Source of the DNA: Rhodothermales bacterium | GTDB taxonomy: Bacteria; Bacteroidota; Rhodothermia; Rhodothermales; Bin80 | DNA: 64,000 nt | Direction of reading: 5' to 3' | Assembly: GCA_965262785.1 (NCBI GenBank) | Contig: OZ253559.1 | Location: 4,164,265-4,228,264, forward strand | In this document: in pieces, positions 56,596 through 64,000 of the stretch | Layout of the letters: the number at the start of each line of letters is the position of its first letter | Position numbering within the stretch: the stretch's first letter is position 1 | Translations under genes and position numbers: made by a program | Notes under the pieces: model-generated | Seen by the model: only the letters and a program-made list of their open reading frames with translations | What the model was told of the DNA's origin: nothing | The model's database searches: none

Positions 56596-59442
56596 CTAGA
56601 AAAGATCGGCCGTAAAGCGTGCGTAAAAGTGTGTGCCGTTGTAGTCCCAAGGCGTCGAGGTCGGACGCGCATTACCCTGAGACAGCGTCTCTAGCTCAAT
56701 CGCTCTTACGTAATGGCCTAAGACGTTGTCTGCGCCAATGGCGAAGCGGTAGTCTCTGGCAAGTATGAAGCCAACCTCCAAGTCAATCAGTAGTGCATTC
56801 GAAAACTTGTGCAACAATGTGCCTGCGGCATTTTCGCAAGCGTTGCTGTTGTTGATGCATGCCTCCCAGCTGCCCCAGTAGTTCAGACGGACAGCACCCC
56901 ACATGTTGCCCAAGAGGTGACGACCACTCGCAACGAAGCGATGGCTCGGGTTAAGCGTTTCAAGCTCTATCTGCCTCCGCGGAGTGAGGATAGAGATGCC
57001 GAATGGTGCGCTGAGAGGCTGGCCAAGAAACTCGTGAATCTCCGTTGGCCGCGAGAAGTTGCCAAGCCTATGCTGCGTCCAGTTCCACGCCAGCGTGATG
57101 GTCGACGCATGATCGTTATCATGCTGGCGATCGAATGCCAACAGCAAGTCTGTCCCACGGGTACGCGTGTCAAAGTCGTTGGAGAAGTACTTGATTTCCG
57201 ACAGGTTTTCGACGCCTTCAAGTAGATTCTGCTCATCCATGATTTCCTTGATCTCCTCGGAAATGGCAATATTGCCTGTCAATGAGATACGATCCTTGAT
57301 GCTGATGTTGAAGAAATCAAACGTCAGAGTGATGTCCTCGGCAAGCTCGACCACCGTACCTAGCGACAGGCTCTGCGCAGTCTCTTCCGTGAGCTCTTTG
57401 CCTCCAAGGCCAGCGGCGATGGGGTGCGCTGGAGGTAGCTGACCAGTCTCCACGAGCTTGTCACCGTCGCCCGACAATGCAGTTTGCAGCGCCTGCAGAT
57501 TCGTCTGGCCAGGCGTAGGTGCGCGGAACCCGGTACTTACGGTTCCTCGGAACGAAATCCTGTCCGTTGCACGGTACAGCGCCGCCACCTTCCCGGTAAG
57601 TGTACTGCCGAAGTCCTCGTAGTAGTTTTCATAGCGGGCCGCAGCGCCAACGACCCATCTGTCGCTTATGTCAGCCTCGAGGTCTAGGAAAGCCGCTGCG
57701 TTGGGGCGGCTCCATGAGTCCGCAAATTTAGGGTGCAGTCCCTGGTACCCGTTGGAACCCACGCTGAACCCTTGGGCAGCATACGGGCCCGGCTCCCACG
57801 ACGGCTTATCTCCACCAACACTTTCAAACGTTTCGTCACGAATTTCCACACCAAAAGCCACGTTGAGCGGCGAAGTAAAGGCGCCAACGTCGACGGGGTA
57901 TCCGAGCACCAGCGCGGCAGACCACTCGTCCTGCTGATAGGAGCGGGGATTAAATCGCGTAGGCGTGGTCGGCCCCAGCGAGGCGTTTATCGTGTTATAG
58001 ATGAAGTAGTCAATTCGGCTTTGCGCAAGGCTAAAGCTCGCATCCCAGTTAAAGCCATCCGCGTTTCCGCCTTTCAGACCTGCAAATATGCTGTAGTCCT
58101 TGATGTCGGCACCAAAGCGCGGCGTAAACCCACCTGGGAACTGCTCATTAAACATGAAGCAATCCCCCTTGGTGAGGTTGATGAAAGCGTCTACCGCGGC
58201 CTTGTCGGAATCCAGACCCGGCAAGTCCGGATGGTGTTGACAGTCGACCTCGTCTTCTAAATCCAGGTCACCGACCGCGCGCTGACTCCCAATGCGGAAA
58301 ACGCTGCTGCGCGCGCTTCCGGTGCCGGGCGACCGGAAGTAGAAACCACCCTCTGAGGTGCGCTGACCGTAGCCGCCAAACGCGTACGCGTGCAGGTTTG
58401 AGCTTAGGTCGACGCCCATATTCACGAAGCCTACGTACGCGTTATCGACGTCCGGGCTACCCCAAATCTGAGCTGGATCCGCTACCGGGTATCCTCTGGG
58501 TTCCAGAAGCGCCTGGTCAGTACGCTTGCCGCTGCGAATCGTCGGGGCAGAATCCTTCCACTCCATGCTCAGGTTGATAAACCCGCTCGAACCAAGCGGT
58601 AGTCCCACGTTGAAGGCGACCTGACCATACTCTCCATCACCTTCCTTGAGATACTGGCCACCGCGCATCCGGATCAGCAACCCGCGGGTGCCTTCGCGTA
58701 GCTGCATATTCATGACGCCGGCTACTGCGTCCGCTCCGTACTGGGCAGAGGCCCCGTCACGGAGGATTTCGAGTTGGTTGATGGCGATGCTAGGGATCAT
58801 GTTAAGATCCGCGCCCTGTGCGCCGTTGTTAAGCGAGGAACCCAGCAAGGCGATTGATGCCGAGCGGTGCCGCCGCTTGCCATTAATAAGTACCACCACG
58901 TTGTCTGCGGGAAGTCCGCGCAGCGTTATGGGACGCACAAGCGTACCCTCGTCGTCAATGCCGTGACGCTGCACGTTGAAGGAAGGAACCTGCGTTCGAA
59001 GCACGTCATCGAAGTCCGCGCTGGACTGCGAGTGCAGCGACCGCGGCCCCAGGACATCAATCGGCACAGCGGAGTCCTTCACGAGCCGCGGCTCGCGCCG
59101 CGTCCCTACGACCACCACCTCTTCCAATCCAAGGACACTCTCACGAAGACGAACATGGATGACCGTCTCTCCTTCGGCAACTACCCATGTCTGGGAAGCA
59201 TAACCGACAAATCTGATGAGAATGACGGACGCACGGGACGGAATCTCCAGCGTGAAATTGCCATCAACGTCCGTGATGGTGCCTGTCGTAGTGTTCTCAA
59301 TGCTCACGGTTGCCCCGGGAATGGGGTCATTGCTGTCAACGTCCGTGACCGTTCCCGTGACGACCACCTGCGCAATGGCAGCTTGATGCAGGAGAACCAC
59401 CACCAGGAGGGCCTGCAGCAGAAAGGCAGTAGCATGTCTCAT
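56596..59442 (-). CDS. TonB-dependent receptor with an N-terminal CarboxypepD_reg-like domain
   Basis: The start is set at MRHATAFLLQALLVVVLLHQAAIAQ (signal peptide). The carboxypeptidase-regulatory-like part is VTGTVTDVDSNDPIPGATVSIENTTTGTITDVDGNFTLEI. The plug region is ...ITLRGLPADNVVVLINGKRR...LEILRDGASAQYGADAVAGVMN. The barrel ends with ...RFTADLF. Confidence 0.85.
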   Translation of the reverse strand: MRHATAFLLQALLVVVLLHQAAIAQVVVTGTVTDVDSNDPIPGATVSIENTTTGTITDVDGNFTLEIPSRASVILIRFVGYASQTWVVAEGETVIHVRLRESVLGLEEVVVVGTRREPRLVKDSAVPIDVLGPRSLHSQSSADFDDVLRTQVPSFNVQRHGIDDEGTLVRPITLRGLPADNVVVLINGKRRHRSASIALLGSSLNNGAQGADLNMIPSIAINQLEILRDGASAQYGADAVAGVMNMQLREGTRGLLIRMRGGQYLKEGDGEYGQVAFNVGLPLGSSGFINLSMEWKDSAPTIRSGKRTDQALLEPRGYPVADPAQIWGSPDVDNAYVGFVNMGVDLSSNLHAYAFGGYGQRTSEGGFYFRSPGTGSARSSVFRIGSQRAVGDLDLEDEVDCQHHPDLPGLDSDKAAVDAFINLTKGDCFMFNEQFPGGFTPRFGADIKDYSIFAGLKGGNADGFNWDASFSLAQSRIDYFIYNTINASLGPTTPTRFNPRSYQQDEWSAALVLGYPVDVGAFTSPLNVAFGVEIRDETFESVGGDKPSWEPGPYAAQGFSVGSNGYQGLHPKFADSWSRPNAAAFLDLEADISDRWVVGAAARYENYYEDFGSTLTGKVAALYRATDRISFRGTVSTGFRAPTPGQTNLQALQTALSGDGDKLVETGQLPPAHPIAAGLGGKELTEETAQSLSLGTVVELAEDITLTFDFFNISIKDRISLTGNIAISEEIKEIMDEQNLLEGVENLSEIKYFSNDFDTRTRGTDLLLAFDRQHDNDHASTITLAWNWTQHRLGNFSRPTEIHEFLGQPLSAPFGISILTPRRQIELETLNPSHRFVASGRHLLGNMWGAVRLNYWGSWEACINNSNACENAAGTLLHKFSNALLIDLEVGFILARDYRFAIGADNVLGHYVRAIELETLSQGNARPTSTPWDYNGTHFYARFTADLF

Positions 59443-59608
59443 GATGCAATTCACTCGTTTTGTGAAGAAATGGTGTAGCGCGCACCAGGTCGCGCCAATA
59501 TACAACGCCTAAAACAATCCTGCAAAGCGGTGCGCCAGCCAGATGCCGATGGAGGCACCTCAGCAGCCGCTTTCAGCAATCTACCAGTAAGTTACAACAC
59601 CAATTGCA

Positions 59609-59637
59609 ATAAAACGGAGATGCGAGGCATTTGTCAA
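59609..59637 (-). promoter_or_regulatory. candidate sigma70-type promoter for the TonB-dependent receptor
   Basis: The minus strand reads TTGACA (59637-59632), a 17-nt spacer, then TTTTAT (59614-59609). This predicts a 5' UTR of about 160 nt. It is a sequence match only, and promoter rules for this lineage are uncertain. Confidence 0.3.
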
Positions 59638-60877
59638 CACCGTTTCATGCCGATTGTCCCTATTCACGCCGCGGCCACGTAGTATCGTGTAGTTCGACTC
59701 TACATGTGCCCTATGAACACACGCAAAGCCGCAGCCCGCACGCGCAGCATTCATGTCAAGTCTGCGGTTGATGAGTACAACCAAACCGCGGCTCGTGCCG
59801 CCGAGGCTGGCCTTTGCAGGGCATCTATCGTCCGCTAGTGCACATTGAACCAGCCCTTGCAGAAACAAGCCGCTGAAGAATACAGTGCACGACACTCAAG
59901 CTGGGCAGCCAGCTCCAAGCCCTGAAAGAATGTCCCCACCAACGCTAAGCGCTGGCAATGCAGCACGCATTGACGTAGGCACCACGGCGGCGTGTCTCAT
60001 GACAGCAAAAGCCAGAGAATGCACCTGCGTTACCTCACTGGCGCAGTTTCTGGCACGCCCCAAGCCTCACCGGTCAAGCCTGTACCGACCCGCTTGGAGC
60101 GAAGACCTAAACCTGGACTTCGGCAGTAGCCTCCAGGATGTCGCCTGTGAGATGACCGTGGCGGCCCGGGAAAGCGAGCGGAAGCAGAAGCCAGCATTCC
60201 ACATATTCTGTGTCGTGGTCGCCAATAGACGACCTGCTGCGAATTCAGACGGCTTCCGTGGAAACCGATATCCTTCGAGATTCTTTGTGACAGATCACCA
60301 AGCGGTATACGTCGCGCATGCCTACGAGGCCTACTAGCACCTTTACTATGACAATTCTCGTTCATTCCAATATGCGCTTTGTGCAGTCTGCCTACCAGCC
60401 GTTTCACGACAGCGAAACAGCCATTCGTCATGCAGAAGCGCAGTACGAATTCTCCTAGGTGCCAGGGCCTCTGTACCAGTTTTCCAGAAATTCACCGCCG
60501 GAGCGCAGTCAGTCGTATATGAAGGGGACCTACCAAGCGCTGTGCCGCAGCGTGGCGCTGCCCATTCAGAATCTCGTTCAGCTCGTCGCAGGCCAAAAAT
60601 CCGCCAAGGCTTCCTGCCCCGGTGACCTGGATGTACGCTTGGCGCGGCATGGCCTTGTGTACAAGGCCAGACGATCGGGCCTCATCGTGAACGATGGACG
60701 TAACTAAGTGAAATGCAGCAATGTAGCGCCTGCCATTTCGCCTCGGCACCTGGAAAAACGGGTAGAGAATCATTTAAGTCGCAGTGAGGAATGCCCCTGG
60801 AGACGCCAGCCCTGCCACCGGGCGCCCCAGACACTCGCGTGGATAACGAACAAAGATCCTGACAGGAGACGGTAGCC

Positions 60878-61237
60878 ATGGCTACGAATGCGCTGCGCGA
60901 CCGTGTGCACGAAGCCGACGCGAAGGCAATCCAGCGCCAGGCCGCGCCTGTGCTTATGGCACTCCAAGCCTCGGCACGCGACGTTAGTGCCGGCGCTCGC
61001 GCGCTGGAATCCGCGACGCACGCTGCGCGCAGACCCACATTGTTGCAGGCCGTCACGCTTGTGGCCGCTGGCATGCTGCTTTGCGCGCTGACCGTCCTTG
61101 CGATTCCGCGTTGGCCCTGCGCACCGGCAACGGCCAAAGAGCGGCAACTTCAATTGGGGACGCGACTCGAAGCCATCGGGCCGCCGGCGCAAGATGCCGA
61201 TCGAGCCCTGCTGCATGCGCGGCAGGCCGCACCATGA
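60878..61237 (+). CDS. hypothetical protein with one C-terminal TM helix
   Basis: 119-aa ORF whose ATG is preceded by AGGAGA at 60863-60868. The N-terminal half is Ala/Arg-rich and helical-looking, followed by the TM segment LLQAVTLVAAGMLLCALTVLAI. No family recognised, and it sits in a poorly coding patch. Confidence 0.3.
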   Translation: MATNALRDRVHEADAKAIQRQAAPVLMALQASARDVSAGARALESATHAARRPTLLQAVTLVAAGMLLCALTVLAIPRWPCAPATAKERQLQLGTRLEAIGPPAQDADRALLHARQAAP

Positions 61238-61238
61238 G

Positions 61239-62573
61239 TTACAGTGCCCAAGGCTTACGCATGGGCCGTGTGGTGAGCGCCGCAGCTTCCTCGTCTCCGA
61301 TGAACTCCTCAGTGGCAAGGTCGAAGTTGAGTGAACGCCCAAGGCGCAAACAGATCTCCGATGTCAGGCACGCTAGCAGCGAACTGTGCCCCACCTCTAC
61401 ATCACAAACAGGTCGCATGCGTGTCTTGACGCAATTCAGAAAGTCACGTCTGTGATCTTCGCTATTGTACAGGCGTGTGTCACTTGACTTCATCTCCAGC
61501 GAAAGCAGATTGTCGTCAGACGCCCAGATGCCGCCGCGACTGACGCCAACCCAGCCCTCGGTACCAACAAACTGGACCATGCCCTCGTGAGGCCCCTTCT
61601 TTTTGATCACCGGAATGCCGCTCTCATACATCAACGTAACCTCACCCTCTTGACCATCCGCAGGTGCAAGAATCTGCGTGGGCCCACGGCCGTCCTCACC
61701 CAGCCCCCAGTGGGCAATGTCAAAGTTGTGCGCACCCCAGTCGGCTATGTGTCCTGCGGAATACGGCCGCCACGCGCGCCATGCTCCCGTGTCCGTATTG
61801 TAATTGCCACTGATGCGCTCAGGATGGTAAGATGCCGACGGCGCGCTGCCGAGCCACATTTCGTACAGGAAGCCCTCCGGGACCTCCTCGCCGCCCAAGT
61901 CACATGGCTTCGATATGCCGCCTACCTGCGCGTATACCTTCTGGATCTCACCCACGTAACCATTGATCGCAAGCTCGCTGGCATGCCGGAAATTCTGGCT
62001 TGAGCGCTGCTGGCTTCCGGTCTGAAATACGCGGTCATACTTACGTACCGCCTTCACCATGGCGCGTCCCTCCTTGATGGTACGTGCCAGCGGCTTCTCG
62101 CTGTACATATCCTTGCCCGCCTTGGCAGCATGAACAGCCATGTACGCATGCCAGTGGTCTGGCAAGGCCAGACACACGGCATCAATATCGTCGCGTTGCA
62201 GCATCTCCCAAAAGAACATGTAGCCGTCGCACCCCTTGTAGGCTGAGCTTCCAGCGCGTTCCGCATAGGTCCTCTCGACGTGCTGGCGCGCAGGTTCGCG
62301 CCCTTTCAGGCCGCGGCCCGCATAGTTGTCACCGCTGGTGTTGACATCGCAAACCGCCAGCACTTGGACATCTGGCTTTTCGATGAATCCGCGCAGGTTG
62401 TTCATCCCCATGCTTCCCATGCCGATGAAGCCCATCGTGATGCGGTCGCTAGGAGCTACATTGCGTCCGCGACCAAGAACGGAAGCCGGGATGATGGCCG
62501 GCAGCGCGGCTGCGCCTGCCATTAGACCCATGCTCTGTACGAATGCACGCCGGTTTATCGTGGTACTGGACAT
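61239..62573 (-). CDS. Gfo/Idh/MocA-family oxidoreductase with a Tat signal
   Basis: 444 aa. The twin-arginine leader is MSSTTINRRAFVQSMGLMAGAAALPA. The Rossmann region is ITMGFIGMGSMGMNN followed by ...AVCDV.... Confidence 0.85.
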   Translation of the reverse strand: MSSTTINRRAFVQSMGLMAGAAALPAIIPASVLGRGRNVAPSDRITMGFIGMGSMGMNNLRGFIEKPDVQVLAVCDVNTSGDNYAGRGLKGREPARQHVERTYAERAGSSAYKGCDGYMFFWEMLQRDDIDAVCLALPDHWHAYMAVHAAKAGKDMYSEKPLARTIKEGRAMVKAVRKYDRVFQTGSQQRSSQNFRHASELAINGYVGEIQKVYAQVGGISKPCDLGGEEVPEGFLYEMWLGSAPSASYHPERISGNYNTDTGAWRAWRPYSAGHIADWGAHNFDIAHWGLGEDGRGPTQILAPADGQEGEVTLMYESGIPVIKKKGPHEGMVQFVGTEGWVGVSRGGIWASDDNLLSLEMKSSDTRLYNSEDHRRDFLNCVKTRMRPVCDVEVGHSSLLACLTSEICLRLGRSLNFDLATEEFIGDEEAAALTTRPMRKPWAL

Positions 62574-63266
62574 TTAACTGTTTGCGTTGGTGGAACAGGC
62601 ACGTGAAAGTACGTCATTTCTTCGGGTTTCGAAACGGTCGCCCTGTTAAGCAGTCTAGTGTGACCCTTGAAAGGCATATGCACCAGACGGCATCCGACCG
62701 TTCGCATCTCTCGACGCCGGGTACGGCCCGACGGCAAGGCCTGCTAACAGACGCTTTGAAGTGTACGGATACGGCTCTTCCGTACGAGGCACGAATCCGC
62801 CTTGATTGCAGCCAGGCCCCAACTCACCGCGATCTGAACGGCATTGGGCCTCGCTTTGCGCCGGTCGTGTCCGCCTGAAGCCGCCCACTTTTTCGTTGTG
62901 AGGCCATGGGTTAGAGGTCTGGCCGTGTAGTGAAGGAATATTCCGGCCGTTCGCCAGTAGGTACCTCGGGTCACATCCATTGGCCGAAGAGACGTGAACC
63001 CCAATTGAGCGGCATCAATCCAACTTTATTCTCATTCCAGCAGCCTGCTTGCTGAGCCGGGCCCCAATCAAGATTCTGGAGCATTTGATCCACTATGGGT
63101 ATGCGCGGTGTGAGGGCAGTTTCGACTCCGATCTCGCGAAGCGCTACCAGTGGTCTGACATGTGCCGGCCGAGATGCCAGTCTCACGCTACTGCCGCGAA
63201 CTATTCCGGTCCCAGCCAGATTTAACAGCCGCTGTTTCGCCATGTCCATAGTCTATCGCTCCAACA

Positions 63267-64000
63267 ATGCGTATTTGCACGGTCGTGGGCGCGCGCCCAC
63301 AATTCGTTAAGGCTGCAGCAGTTAGCCCGGCCCTCAAGTCGGCTGGCATCCAGGAGGTACTGATTCATACCGGCCAGCACTACGATGCCGGGTTGAGCCA
63401 GATCTTTTTTGACGAGCTGGGCATCCCGAATCCAGACAGGAACCTTGCCGTCGGATCAGGTTCGCACGCGCGGCAGACAGGCGCCATCATGGAGCGCTTG
63501 GAATCGTTTATCCTAAATTCGCCGAAATTCGACGCCGTCCTGCTATACGGGGATACGAATAGCACGGTAGCAGGTGCTTTGGTGGCGGCCAAGCTTCACA
63601 TTCCGATAGCGCACGTAGAGGCGGGAATCCGAAGCTTTAACAGGACAATGCCCGAAGAAGTCAACCGCGTTGTTACGGACTGCTTGTCGCGATGGCTATT
63701 CGCTCCGACCCCGACCGCAGTCAAGAACCTTGCGGCCGAAGGCCTTTCCAGCGGCACGGAACTGGTAGGAGATGTGATGCTTGATGCTACGCGCATGTTT
63801 GCAGCGCGGGCACGCGAGCGGTTTCCACTAAGCCAACTGACCGAACACGCTCCCGGCGCATTCGCTTTGTCGACCGTGCACCGACCCTCCAACACCGATG
63901 TGCCAGGATGCCTGGCAGATATTTTCACCGCATTCGGGCAGCTTCCCTGGCCGATTTTGTTGCCCCTGCATCCGCGCACGAAGGCCAGAATGGGGACTGT
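63267..64000 (+). CDS. wecB: UDP-N-acetylglucosamine 2-epimerase (non-hydrolysing), partial (runs off the window end)
   Basis: Absent from the ORF track because there is no stop in the window. Manual translation from ATG 63267 gives MRICTVVGARPQFVKAAAVSPALK...VLIHTGQHYDAGLSQIFFDELGIP...GSGSHARQTG...LLYGDTNSTVAGALVAAKLHIPIAHVEAGIRSFNRTMPEEVNR..., which is canonical WecB/epimerase_2. Confidence 0.85.
   Translation, partial: MRICTVVGARPQFVKAAAVSPALKSAGIQEVLIHTGQHYDAGLSQIFFDELGIPNPDRNLAVGSGSHARQTGAIMERLESFILNSPKFDAVLLYGDTNSTVAGALVAAKLHIPIAHVEAGIRSFNRTMPEEVNRVVTDCLSRWLFAPTPTAVKNLAAEGLSSGTELVGDVMLDATRMFAARARERFPLSQLTEHAPGAFALSTVHRPSNTDVPGCLADIFTAFGQLPWPILLPLHPRTKARMGT

Noticed and set aside
59443-59640. 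A cobalamin or TPP riboswitch upstream of the TonB-dependent receptor.
   Set aside because: I could not find the B12 box or GCCACUG core. I also could not find the TPP CUGAGA...ACCUGAUCUGGAUAAUGCCAGCG elements. Only short, partial resemblances (GCUGAGG, GCAUCUGGCUGGCG) are present. The region is kept as an unclassified leader in the findings.

Overview
High-GC chromosomal window that looks Bacteroidota-like, possibly Rhodothermales. The lineage guess rests on a T9SS C-terminal sorting domain, two CarboxypepD_reg-type TonB-dependent receptors and a YpdA-type bacillithiol reductase. Most of the window is ordinary housekeeping. It holds tRNA-Val followed by infC-rpmI-rplT-pheS-pheT. It also holds a coiled-coil gene followed by zapA and rny. 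Further core genes are glyQS, rho, rnhB, aroK, truA, tadA, ggt, recO, hyuA/hyuB, acnA, tRNA-Ala, nfi, mltG, chorismate mutase and wecB. Two genes run off the window edges and are absent from the ORF track: a LytR_C protein at 1-391 (minus strand) and wecB at 63267-64000 (plus strand). Four things stand out. (1) A co-directional minus-strand cluster at 31.3-37.5 kb has two tandem paralogous seven-CxxCH cytochrome c-TPR lipoproteins, followed by a T9SS-sorted metzincin-like protein whose start overlaps the upstream stop by 19 nt. (2) A 465-aa predicted lipoprotein is built almost entirely of low-complexity modules (Tyr-rich, GYG repeats, RGG-like, and 9 x SRSSGSTSRAP encoded by a near-perfect 33-bp tandem repeat). 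(3) A 763-aa transposase carries a complete Tn5/IS50-like core behind a roughly 295-aa N-terminal domain that I recognise as DUF4338 (DruA-like). (4) A 295-nt structured spacer between zapA and rny contains an 18-bp long-range helix. In addition, six patches totalling about 8 kb have no confident coding assignment: 24.2-26.2, 29.0-30.3, 40.7-41.7, 42.2-43.3, 59.9-60.9 and 62.6-63.3 kb. By eye they look more AT-rich and contain reading frames broken by single stops or frameshifts, so they may be decayed accessory DNA. No CRISPR array, rRNA or recognisable defence operon was found. All domain names come from reading the translations, not from database searches.
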